A program made the position numbers and the translations under genes. DNA of 64,000 bases from contig JBHGNT010000012.1 in assembly GCA_043228905.1 (NCBI GenBank), positions 1,922,001 to 1,986,000 of the forward strand. The letters run 5' to 3'. This stretch comes from Azolla caroliniana (lineage: Eukaryota; Plantae; Polypodiophyta). Under the pieces are notes generated by a model, which did not search any database, was not told where the DNA came from, and saw only the letters and a list, made by a program, of their open reading frames with translations. This document shows positions 22,430 to 34,849 of the stretch, piece after piece (position 1 is the stretch's first letter; each line of letters starts with the position of its first letter).

Positions 22430-24762
22430 CCTTCAAAAATTGTCGATATGGTTGTACGTAGTTGCTCAGATGTTGTGCTACATTTTCTCCACCTATTCAA
22501 TTTGTATGTATGCCATTGTCATCATGCAGAATGAAGAATCCCTATTTCATAGTTTTGGTTGGCCTTGAACAAATATACTTCTCCAGGATACTCTAAAAAG
22601 CGAAATTTAGAACAACAACAAAGGCATCTTGTTATAAATTTGATACAGGAATACAACTGTAAATGTTGAATTTCTAGCACAATGGAACTTTCCAAACCTT
22701 AACTAGCACTTTCCACCTAATAATTTTACAATGGAACCACATTTTACAACCCAATGATTTGAAGCCTTAAAAAAGGTAGTGCTAATAAAGTTGTAAGTCA
22801 CTTTCACCAAAATAAACAAGGTAAGTTTAAGCTTAAGATCTTTGCTCTACAATTTTTTGACGAAGACGGAAAAATGAAGAGAGATAGGGGGGAACTTAGT
22901 GCTTGACAAATCATCTACAAGATCCGTATAATAGGAAACCCTTATATCTACTAAGAAGGAACTTTCGAAAATTGTAATGTTATCTATTGTAAAAATAAAT
23001 AAAAGAAATTGATATTGTTATTTTGTATTGAAAGTCAAACAAGTAAAAAAACGAGAAAATGAAGATTTTGTAATTTTCACAAAAGAGAATACTTAAGTAG
23101 GCATGCATTGGACGGAAAACAAATATTCCTTCTTTTTGTAACAAAAATAAGCAGGGTATATTGAATTGCCCTTACATAATGAAGCCATTACACAATGAAG
23201 AACAATGTAAAATAATGTAAGAGGCCATTACTAAATGAAGTACAATGTAAAAGTGATGCCTTTACGCAAAGGTCCCACAAATTATTGGTTGGAGAATCGT
23301 GAGGACATCACAGATATTCTAAAATGCAAATATAGTTGATGTTGTGAGGACCATCCACACTTATGACGCATGATAGTTTGGTGCTAAGTTATGAGTTCAC
23401 ATCTTTAATAGTGGCATGGATATTGTTAGAGATTATTCTTAATGTAAGCATGAAATAAGGAAATAAATTTTAGGTAGGTAAGAGAAAGAAGAGTGTTGAT
23501 CCACTCAACCACCCCTGAGTGAAAGGGATCGAGACGGACTCGAGCCTTGATCAGCATCCCAATCCACCGCCATGGCATCGAGTCGTACCTAGTATTAGCG
23601 CACTCGCTACAAGAATCTGTTCACCATAGGATCACAGTCTTGACATAGTTGAATAATGTGTCTAATGAGGGTAGCTAGGCCTCGTATTTATAGTTAGACC
23701 TAAGGCCCCCATACAAAGTTCACGCTTAGCGCTTATGGGTTGTCTTAATTCCTAGGATTAAAAGTAATCCTCCCTTCTTTACACTCTCAATTAACCCACA
23801 CACTTTATCCTCATGTGTAGAATACTATTGTACAACTTACCACGAGATAAACTATGGCCATGCCCTTAACATAAATACATACATAAAGACATCCTTGATT
23901 AGAAGTAGAGAGAGTAATATACTACCCAAAGAATAACACTATGAGAAAGAGTATACACTAAACCTAAACCCTAAATCTAAATGGGTGAACATTTTGAGTG
24001 TTATTGATTCATCATAATCTTCTATGTATATAATCATAGAATGAACCATACATAACATACGTGCATTCGCATTTGAGAATGATTCAATCCAACATGTATG
24101 GTAAATAATCTCAAAGTTGGAAAAAAATAATAAAGATTGGAATTTCAAAAACTGACTATGGTCTATGTATATTATATATTGATTGAATAAAAGGTCAACA
24201 CAATTGAAAGTTCAAAACTTAGGAATTACTTAACTACTAAACATTAGAAAGCACAAACATAAAAACCAAATAATTCAAAGACATAATAGTATTGATGATG
24301 AGGTCATCTTGCACTTATCGATGTTCTCATCTCGCAACTAGTGAAGGTATCAATTTCTTCACTTTAAAACTTTACAAAAAAATGAGTATGAACTATACAC
24401 TCAAGAGATTGAATCAAAATATGTCATTATAAATTATAATCAAACGTTCAAAAACTCATAAAACGTATATCGAGAATATGAAGAAAACATGACACTAACA
24501 TAAAATTTTACTATGACATGACACTAAAGAGATAAATTATAGAGAGAGAGAGGGAGAGGTGACAAGATTGAGAATCGAACCTAAGACATAAGCGATAGTT
24601 GAGCATTGTCACCATGTTTTCCAAATTTGAGAGCAAGTTGTAAGGGTTGATCTTCTTTTTTTTATCCCTATAGGGACACGAAAGTTCCATCTTACGTGGA
24701 TGCCCACTAACTCAAGAAGGGAGAGGACCTTGTTGGATGCGCGGTTTGGTTGGAGAAGACCC
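22430..24762. repeat. Right arm of the large inverted repeat (partner 16370-19517)
   Basis: Reverse-complement match to the left arm. Lacks the 17849-18529 LINE, has its own indels (~23880, ~23960-24185), and runs into the 3' end of LINE copy 2. Confidence 0.93.
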
Positions 24763-25661
24763 ATCTACACCGTTGTTTCCATAGAATCCAAAGAGTTATT
24801 GGGTTGACCTATTCCAACACAACTTGAGATTTGTCATTAAGAGGAGTTGAGTGGACATTGCCACTGGTGGAGAAAAAACCTCTTGTGCTTTTATCACCAA
24901 AGTCATCCCCTCCTTCTGATGCTCGTATTTGCCAATTGGGGTCTGCCATGATAGCCAACATTTATTTCCCCATTTGATTGAGCCTTGCACCTGGTATAAT
25001 TGCAACAAGCAACCAACCCCCCACCATATTCGATTGGACATTGGGCAGTCCCACAGAGCGTGTCGTATTGATTCTACTGCATGTGGGCACTCTACACAAT
25101 TAGGAGAGCTAAGGTTCCCACGTTGCCATGCTCCCACCAATAGTGACTTATGTATTAATAGCCATTGGAACATGGTAATTCGCCTCACGTGTTGTTGTTT
25201 CCAGATTTTCTACCAAAACTTGGTGATAATTGTGTGAGGAACTTGAAATGTGTGCCAGACCTTTGCAACAGCAGGCTCTCTGGGGGTTTGAGCAGCTAGA
25301 ATGTGGCGACCCAATCTCGTTGTGAATTGGAAGAAAGGGATGGGTTTGCTTCCTTGCCCCGCGTAAGGATCACGCCATGTGCATTGTAAGGGGTCCCAAC
25401 TGACCTTATGTAGCCATGTGTATGTGTTTTTTCATGAGTACATATGTGCCAATTGGGTTGTACTTTGATCGGATTAGGATCGACAATCCATTTATGACCT
25501 GTATACGCGAGTACTCGAATTGCGTTATTTTGTGTTGGTGTCTTATTGTCTCGCAATTCAGAGCTTTCGATCCTGTCTGGAGTTCCCCTACCTCTCAGGA
25601 TCAAAGATCCCTCCTCCTCGTAGCCTATCCATTTCTCCATTGTCGTCCTTTGAGTAGCAGT

Positions 25662-26055
25662 TGTCATGAATACATAAACATCATGGCTTCACTTGGGCTT
25701 GAACCCAAGACCTTGTAATACATAATCGAGAACCTAACCATTAAGATAGCATATGATCATATGAAATAATAAAAGCTACTTCTTGTAATAGACTGACTAT
25801 TGTAAATGTTCTAGAACATTCTAGAATATCCTAGAACTTCTTAGAATATTCTAGGTCTAGAACATTATAGAAATCACTAGGCTATAGGAACCTATAAATA
25901 TAGACATATAATTTTTCTCAAACCAATTCGAATCAACACCAATCTTAAGCTTTCGTCGCCTATCTTGTATCCATCTTCATTCATTCTTCTCTTATCACTT
26001 CATTCTTCTCTTGTTGTGATCTCTTTACACTCTATCTTTTCTCTTGGTTCTGACA
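25662..26055 (+). repeat. 5' LTR of the chromovirus
   Basis: TGTCATGAAT...GGTTCTGACA. TATA at 25893-25900. Repeated at 32150-32607. Confidence 0.92.
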
Positions 26056-26057
26056 GT

Positions 26058-26064
26058 TTGATTC

Positions 26065-26069
<5 letters not shown>
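26058..26069 (+). other. Self-priming primer-binding site (Tf1 type)
   Basis: TTGATTCGAATT is the exact reverse complement of AATTCGAATCAA at 25925-25936, which lies 32 bp after the start of the TATA. No TGG tRNA-type PBS. Confidence 0.8.
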
Positions 26070-26128
<59 letters not shown>

Positions 26129-26492
26129 CTTATCTTCCTCTATAAACATCTCGAAACCATGGCTATCATCAACTCAGAAGAATATCTCACCCTTGTTGCA
26201 GAAATGGAAAATCTTAAATCCAAGTTCGCATCTCTCGAATTAGAGAATCAACGTTTTCTTGGGGATCTACAAAAGGTTACTATGGAGAAGCAACAACAAG
26301 AAGAAGAAGAGTTTACGTGACAGGTGCAACAATTAGAATTGACAATTGTAATTTTACAACAACAAAGGGTCGAAGGTCAAGGAAGTATTAAGGAGCCCAA
26401 AATCAGTCTCTCAGCTAAATTTGATGGTTCGAGGGCGCATTTCCAAGGCTTCTTGAATCAAGTGCGGTTGGTAATCCAAATGCATCCCACGC

Positions 26493-27257
26493 TGTCGCGA
26501 AGTTTCGCACGTGCGTGTAGAAGGGCGGGACCACGGGGGTCTCAGACGAGGGAAGAAGGGAAGCCGAGAAGACGATTCCGGACGCGTTCCGGAAGCAACC
26601 GAACGAGAGAGAGAAAGAGAGAGAGAGAGAGCTTGACACCGACTCACACACACACACACACACACACACACCACGCCGACCCCAGCTCAAGCCCTTATGT
26701 ACAGAAACGGAGGTAAGAGAACACCAAAACACCCACATAGACACCGATACGCAGAATCTTCCATAGTTATATTACAAGAAGCAAGATACAACAGTTGTCT
26801 ATTGCCAAGCCGCCAGTCGGGGAGCTCACGGGCTCGTCGCGCCGAGCGGGGTCTTGCACAGCAGACAAGGCAGATACAGAACCTGCAGGTATCAAGCGAG
26901 ACTCATAGAGTGACGAAGAAGAAGCAGATGAGAAGAAGAAGAAGCCCTAAAACAAGAGAGAAAGAAAGAGGAAGAGAGAACGTTCCTTCGTCTAACGGTA
27001 TACCCTACTACCAAAAATGGGCAACCCCTTCACCAAGGGCACTCCCTTCCTTTTATAGAACAAGGAGAGGGATCCGTAGCATTGTGGGATAAATCCCTTA
27101 TTACATGGGATTCTTGTCCCAACTTGATTACTCTTCGGCGCCATAAAGGTGCCCTCGTTATTCACACTAAATGTACAAGGGTGAGCGCACATGTTGCACC
27201 CCGCCGATGTAGCCAATATTTCCTGGTTTCCGCCTTTGGCCGAAATTCTTCACGACA
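26493..27257 (-). mobile_element. Solo LTR of a Phygy-like Ty3 family inserted in the chromovirus gag
   Basis: Minus strand starts TGTCGTGAAG like the 40558 LTR. 4-bp TSD ACGC/ATGC. Removing it restores gag HPTRYPIDASRVGLVG. Confidence 0.88.
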
Positions 27258-29670
27258 ATGCGTTATCCAATAGATGCATCACGAGTCGGGTTAGTGGGCA
27301 GCTTATTGAGTGGCACAGAATTGTCATGGTTTGCTCCATTACTAGAGACAAATTCTCCTCTAGGAGTTTGTCAAAGAATTTAAGGCTTGCTTCGGAGATA
27401 CAGATGTGGCAAGAACGGCAATCAACAAGATTCGTACACTACGTCAAGGTGATCAACTAGCCTCAACATATGCAGCTAATTTTCGTCTCATCGCAAGTGA
27501 TATTCCTTGGGATGAACAAGCCCTAATGGAGCAATTTCGTTCTGATCTTCGTAGTGATGTGAAGGACTTACTTCTTACCTTCCCCGAGGATCCAAAATCA
27601 CTTACAAAAGCTATTAGTCGAGCAATATGGTGTGATAATTGTCTTCTTGAGTGTCGATATCAAGATACACACCAACTTATGCATCAGTAACGGCGCAATC
27701 ATCTCCAAGGCAAACGTATAGCCCTACTCCAACCCCAAGGCAAACACGTAGCCCAGCCCCAATGGATAGGCCGACGCCCATGGAGATTGATATGACCCAA
27801 CGTCAAGGACCATTGTCAGAAGAAGAGAAGCAACGATGCCGAGCAAACTGTCTGTGCTTATATTGCGGAGGTCCAGGACACATAGCCATTCATTGCTCCC
27901 GTAGACCAAGACGTCAGGTAAATCACATTCACTATGACAATAAAAATGAGTCCAACATTTTAGAAGCACTTAGTGATTCTCATATTATTATGAATAATCC
28001 ACCCTTGTCCAATAAGTTTGAAGTCCTAAGCCAATTAGAAGAGGAGTCAAACGAATAAGTCTGGCCAAAATAGGAGCCATTTGGTTGGACAACCCTAACT
28101 CTGTACAACCGAGTGTAGGTTCCATTCCATCCAAGCATGTTAGTAGAGTCTTCTCAACCCAAGTACAAGTTAGGACACCGAGTTGCCAACTTCATGTCTA
28201 AGCCCTCTTAGATACCGGAGCCAATTCTTGTTTCATGGATAGAGATTTTGCCCAAAAACATCAAATATCCTTGCGTACACTTCCTTGCCCAGTTTCTGTA
28301 GTAGTGATTGATGGACGTCCCATAGCTACCGGGAAGATATTCGAAGAGTTTGAGCCAATACACATACTCTTAGGTGATTTAGGATGTGTAGTTTCCTTTA
28401 ATATAATCGGTAGCCCCGAGCATCCAATTGTCCTTGGTTTGCCATGGTTCGAGCTACATAACACACGAATTGATTGGAGGCGAGAAATTTGGTGCCGTTC
28501 TGCAGAAAACATCATTGCTAAGGATCGAACCCCGAACTATTCCCTTAAAGAATATAGTTCTACCAGTGCACTCCTTTTCACCAAATCTCAACTATCACAT
28601 TCAACAAATGTTCCAAATGGGAGGAAAGGAGGAACTTTTTTTGTTTGCAATATCAGTGACAACTTCTAGTGCCACTCAAGGGAATTCAGACATCCAAATT
28701 CCCGAAAAATATCAAGAATATGTTGATGTTTTCGACAAAGTCAAAGCTACTGTACTTCCAAAGCATCAGTTGTACGATTGTCCCATTGACTTCCAACCAG
28801 GAAAAGAGTCACCGTGGGGTCCAATCTACAATCTGTCACCAACTGAGCTTGAGGTTCTTCAAGAATACATCAAGAAGAATCTTGCACATGGGTTTATTCG
28901 ACATTCAAAGTCTCCATCCGGTGCTCCTATATTTTTTGTGAAGAAAAAGGACGGGTCGCTTCGTTTGGTCGTGGACTATCGGGGATTAAATAAAGTCACC
29001 ATAACAAATAGGTATGCTCTTCCTTTAATCTCCAGTCTTTTAGAGCGCATTGGTGGGGCAAAACATTTTACAAAGATTGATTTAAGGGGTGCATATAATC
29101 TTGTTCGCATTTGACCGAGAGATGAGTGGAAAACGGCATTTCGCACTCGCTATGGTCATTTTGAGTATACAGTCATGCCTTTTGGGCTCACAAATGCATC
29201 CGCAGTTTTCCAACATATTGCAAATGACATTTTCCGGGATTTTCTAGATATTTTTCTCATAATCTATTTAGATGATTTGTTGATTTACTCTAAAACACAG
29301 GAGGAGCATGATATACATGTCCGGAAAGTACTTGAACGCTTAAGAAAGTATGGTCTATATGCTAAACTTGAGAAGTGCAGTTTTGACCGCAAACAAGTCG
29401 AATTCTTAGATTATACTATTTCATCTAAGGGTATTTTCATGGATCCAGCAAAAGTCAAAACAATATTGGAATGACAACCCCCACGTTCTATTCGAGACAT
29501 CCAATGCTTCCTCGGATTTGCTAACTTCTATCGCAAATTCATACGGAATTATTCAAAGATCGTGTTGCCTCTCACCCAACTCATCAAGAAGAATCAAGCA
29601 TTTGTTTGGACTATGGAAGCGGACACAACCTTTACTCAGGTCAAAGAGGCATTCACATCAGCTCCTATAT

Positions 29671-30122
29671 TGTCAGGAATAGTACTAAAGCAGAGATGGA
29701 ATTAGTACTAAAGAAGAGCAGTACTATTAGTACTAAGAGGATGGGACTGTGTAAGATTCCTGAGAGAGGAATTGAGAAGAGGAGAGAGAGAGAGAGAGAG
29801 AGAGATAGCGAGAGAGAGAGAGAGAGATGATGACAACAGCTAATATATTATGTGAAAAGATAAGTACAAGCGGCTAAGAGGCTTAAGACTGGTGTTGAAC
29901 CAATTTGGTTCAAAACAATGCCTTGTGCCTCCTTTTATAGTGTTTTTAGGAATAATCCTGAAGCTTCTAGAATGTTCTAGAGAGATCTGGAATATACATC
30001 AATTTTCTATGATAAAGCATAAATGAAAATAATATCCTACAAATTACAATTCATAGTCTAATGGTAAGAGCTCGACCCATGTAGCATAAGGTCATGGGTT
30101 CGAGTCTTGTGATATCATGACA
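29671..30122 (-). mobile_element. Solo LTR of a related chromovirus family inserted in the RT-RNase H linker
   Basis: TG..CA ends and perfect TSD TATAT. The minus strand shares the TGTCATGA start, CAACACCAGTCTTAAGC and the ..CTGACA end with the host LTR. Removing it restores TSAPILAHIDP. Confidence 0.9.
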
Positions 30123-32149
30123 TATATTAGCACATATTGATCCCGAAAAGCCATTTACCATTGAAGCGGATGCGTCAAATTTTGCATTGGGGAGTATCCT
30201 ATCCCAACAAGGCAAGGACGGGCAGTCCCATCTAGTCCCATTTCACTTGAGAAAATTTACTGTTGCGGAGATAAACTATGAGGTGCATGACAAGGAGTTA
30301 CTAGCTGTGGTTGACTCTTTCGAGCAATGGCGACATTTCTTGGAAGGATTGCCTCATCAAATCATCATTTATAGTGATCACAAAAATCTTACATATTTTC
30401 AAATGGCTCGAGTGTTAAATAGGAGACAAGCTCGGTGGGCACAGTTTCTAACTCATTTTGATTTCAAGATCGTTTTCTGCCCTGGGAAGCAACAAGGGAA
30501 GCCAGATGCTCTATCTCGACATTCATATCTCGCACCTCAACCTGGAGATCCGGCCTTTGACAACTAAAAGCAAATTCTACTAGGCCCATCAAAGCTACAA
30601 GCAACAACAGTTTATGCCACGCCGCTGGATTCACGCCTTGTTGATACTATTCGGCAACAACTTCACTCTAATGATTTCGCTAAGGATGTCTCAGCCCACA
30701 TTAGTCCAAGCCATGCATCTTGCTCCACAATGCCAGGTTCATCTCTGAGTCAACATTATCAGGAATTCAAGTGGCAAGATGGCTTACTCTTTTACAAGAA
30801 TCTCCTTTACGTCCCTGATGGATCACCTCGCCTTCAAGTATTAGAGCATTGTCATGATGCCCCTATGGCTGGACATTTTGGTATTGCCAAGACCATGGAG
30901 TTGGTGAAGCGCTCGTTTTGGTGACCTCATTTGCAAAATTTTGTCGAAGATTATGTTCGTACATGTGACACTTGTTGTGGAGGCAAAATACTCAGGCATC
31001 ATCTTTATGGCTTGTTACAACCGTTAGAGCCTCCAACCAAGCCATGGTAGTCTATTTCTATGGATTTCATTACAGATTTGCCACCTTCACAAGGATTTGA
31101 TACTATTTTAACAATAGTGGATCGGTTTACCAAGATGGCACATTTTTTACCATGTGTAAAGAGCATCAGTAGTTAAGAAACCGCAGATATTGTTATGCGT
31201 GAAGTATTTCGCCATCATGGTCTTCCAGACGATATAATTACTTATCGTGGTCCGCAATTTATCTCTCACTTTTTGAAGCACCTATGGGCAAGCCTCAAAA
31301 TATCCTACAAACTCTCTTCGGCTTATCATCCACAAACCGACGGACAAACAGAGTGCACGAATCAAACGCTCGAGCAATATCTTCGATGCTTCATCAGTTA
31401 TCAACAAGATGATTGGAGTAATATTCTACATCTCGTTGAGTTTGCATACAATAACACAATACACACTTCCACCAAGGTTACACCTTTCTTTGCGTACACC
31501 GGCAACCATCCTCAATGGTGTATCTTGGATCTTCCCAAGGTCGCTCGAAACCCTGCTCAGCATCTTCATCGACTACATCGAATTCAGTTAGCATTATCTT
31601 CACATCTTCAGACAGCTCAAGCACAACATAAGACCAACGCCGATCGCCATCGTCTTAAGTCTCCTTTCAAGGTTGGTGACCAAGTATGGTTGCTTCGTCG
31701 TCACATCAAGACTACCCGGCCATGTGAGAAGCTCGATTATCAACGCTTAGGTCCTTTTCTCATCACTGCACGTATTAACAATGTCACCTTTCGTCTTAAT
31801 CTTCTAGCACACATGCGGCTTCACCTAGTCTTTCATAGCTCTCTTTTGGAGTCTTGTCGCACCTCTTCCATTCCTAATCGTGTCGTGCCACCTCCGCCCT
31901 CTGTCCAACTTGTTGATGGCCTTGAATACGAGGTAGTTGTTATTCTCGATTCAAAGATTGTGCGAAATAAGCTCTCTATTATTTGGTTGATTGGGTAGGC
32001 TATCCTCCGAGTGATCACACTTTGGAACCCGTCAATAATGTTTCTAATGCTCAAGCTCTTGTCAAAGACTTCCATCGCCGTTACCCAAACAAATCGGGCC
32101 CTACATTGTCAACGATGACTTCCACTCGTCGTTCTCAAAGGGGAGATAG

Positions 32150-32607
32150 TGTCATGAATACACAAGCATCATGGCTTCACTTGGGCTTGAACCCAAAACC
32201 TTGTAATACATAATCAAGAACCTAACCATTAAGATAGCATATGATCATATGAAATAATAAAAGCTACTTCTTGTAATAGATTGACTGTTGTAAATGTTCT
32301 GGAACATTCTAGAATATCCTAGAACATCTTAGAATATTCTAGGTCTAGAACATTCTAGAATATCCCAGAACTTCTTAGAATATTCTAGGTCTAGAATATT
32401 ATAGAAATCACTAGGCTATAGGAACCTATAAATATAGAAATATAATTCTTCTCAAACCAATTCGAATCAACACCAGTCTTAAGCTTGCGTCGCCTATCTT
32501 GTATCCATCTTCATTCTATCTTATTAATACATTCATTCTTCTCTTATCACTTCATTCTTCTCTTGTTGTGATCTCTTTACACTCTATCTTTTCTCCTGGT
32601 TCTGACA
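32150..32607 (+). repeat. 3' LTR of the chromovirus
   Basis: Copy of 25662-26055 with an extra ~40-bp CTAGAA-rich unit and a ~20-bp segment. Confidence 0.92.
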
Positions 32608-34849
32608 ACAGCTTCCCTAATAAGTAGAGTGTTAATGATTTCCGATCTCATAGTCCATCCGCCCCTGATTCCATGGAGTATGTTGGCTTGATCTTGTAGT
32701 GGCAGTGACATAAACCGTCTCCAACATTCTATACTTTTTCCTAGACCTTCTGCAATGTATCCCCAGGACAACCCCTTACGTGATCCCAGTAGTTGATTAG
32801 ATTCATCCTTGATACATGGGTTCCATAGGATACGTTGACTGAGCCAGGTAGGTTCGGATCTTGGTTGATCGCACTTGAGCCCTCGTCTAATGTCACACCA
32901 TGCCTTCCACATGGATGCACTGAATCTATCCTCCAATTAGCGGGAGAAACTAGGTTTGAGATCCATGTTTAGAATCCATCTCGTTTGGGGGGCCATTTTG
33001 ACCCCTTTTCGTGGCCTAAAGTAAGCGAAACGTAACCGCAATAGCATTTTCCAACAATCATTTCCTGGTTGGAGTCCTCACACCACAAATTTGGCAAGTA
33101 AGGCTTTTGATTGTGAAAGGGGATCAATAAGACCCAATCCCCCTCTCAACTTAGGTGATGTGAGTATAGGCCACGCCACCTTTGCCCAAGTTACATGATC
33201 GTCCTTACCAGACCAAATGTAGTTGTGTACCAGTCGTTGAATCTGATATATACTTTCCTTGGAGATTGTCCAACATGATAAACTGTACCATGTTGTTGCG
33301 AGTAATACCTGGTTTGCCACTATGATCTGACCCGCTAGCAACAGTTTTTTCGAACTCCAATGTATCAACTTTTGTCGAATGGAATGGATAACAAATGCAA
33401 TCATAGTCTCAGGTGGTATGTTGAAACCAATTTGGAAACCCAAATATTTGGTGCTCGTTCCTTGATTGATCCATTTGAAAGCGGGATGTGAGTGCCACGC
33501 AGGATGTGTTTCATGAGAAAGCCATATTGCACAGGATTTGTGTCAATTGATCATGGCATTGGATCTCTTGCAAAATATGGCTAGCCCACTTTCTAGCTTT
33601 TGGAGGTTTGCCAAGTCCCCTTGCAGGTAGACCATTGTGTCATCTGCAAATTCTATATCTAGGATGCTTTGGTGAGAATGAGGTACAGGAAGACCACGTA
33701 GGTTGAGATGTCGCGAGTTGAGAAAGCAAGAGAGTGCTTCGGCGTATAATAGAAATAAGGATGGAGCTAGTGGGCATCCCTGTCGTACAGATCAGGATAT
33801 TCGGAAAAAGGGGCCCCTTTCACCTACCAGTGAAACGCAACTGTTGTCGTTCCTATAAAGTCCTACAATGCCTTTGATCCATGTCTCTTGAAAGTTGAGT
33901 TTCCCCATCACACTTTCTAGAAAGTTCTAGCATACCCTGTCATATGCTTTCTCAAAATCTAGTAGCACCACTGTTATCTTGTTGTTGGTACGTTTAGTAA
34001 GGGCTACTACTTCCCAGAATGAGAAGAGGTTGTCTAGGATGCTCCGATTTCTAACGAAACTTGTCTGGGACGGATGAATGAGTTGAGGGAGAAGTGGTGT
34101 TAAACGGCGTGCCACAATTTTTGCGAGCAACTTATAGACAGTTTTGGGAAGAGTTATGGACCACCACTTGCTAATGTCGTTGGCACTCCCACCCCTTTTA
34201 GGAATGAGATGTATCATCCCCTGTCCAAATTCCTCCGGCATGTTTCCAAAGGTGATGATCTCCTCATATGCCTGGAGGAGGTCTTCTTTAATACTGTCCC
34301 AAAGGCATGTGAAAAAGTGAGGGGTAAGGCCATCAATTGCGGGGCAACTATCTGCATCCAAATCAAAGAGGGCCTCCCATATCTCGATGATTGATAGGGG
34401 ATGCACGAGCCATGTATTCATTTCCGTCATGACTTTCTCAAGTATGCTTTGGAGGATAATATCTTCTCTTATGTTTTCCCCTGTGGCCATAGTATCTTCG
34501 GTAAGTAGGCGTTTATAGTAACTTGTGGCAATATTTCTCGTTTCGTCGCCATCCTCAATGGTTGTTCCATCCTCTCGGTTGAGACTGCACATCATTGTTC
34601 TAGCGTTCCTCGGGCCTTTGGAGCAAAAGAATTACTTCGTGGTTTTGTCCCCTACTCAAATCCATCACGCCATGTTTCCATGAAACTCCATGTCATATAT
34701 TTCCTTTTCCGCCATGCTGAGTTCATGTTTAGCCATGGCAAGTTGTCCTGCGATCCAACTGCATGACGAGTATCTCTGTTGGAGTTGTTGTAAGGCTATT
34801 AGTCCATGTTTTGTCCTCTATCGCTTTTCCTGAGCCTCCCTGCTATTAT

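Larger units (their letters stand above)
25662..32607 (+). mobile_element. Full-length degenerate Ty3/gypsy chromovirus (Tcn1-like): gag, PR, RT, RH, IN, chromodomain
   Basis: LTRs 25662-26055 and 32150-32607 (TG..CA), PPT AAAGGGGAGATAG at 32137-32149, decayed TSD GCAGT/ACAGC. Gag ATG ~26159, knuckle CLYCGGPGHIAIHC, LLDTGA, YLDDLLI, SAYHPQTDGQTE, chromodomain EYEV..ILDS..LVDWVGY..EP. Confidence 0.93.
24655..34845 (-). mobile_element. L1 LINE copy 2 (same family as 9574-15549), 5'-truncated and split by the Ty3 element at 25662-32607
   Basis: Minus-strand ORF fragments homologous to copy 1 (MMCSLNREDG..., LDFEKAYDRVC, GCPLAPSLF/EFADD, GGLGLIDPL, WLLIHKSL..CVEC..ESIRHALWDC). The sequence resumes exactly across the LTR element. 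Confidence 0.88.

Noticed and set aside
25684-25750. Bona fide tRNA gene (also 30054-30118 and 32172-32238)
   Set aside because: A/B boxes and a T-arm are present, but no convincing acceptor or anticodon stems could be folded by eye. Reported as tRNA-like only.
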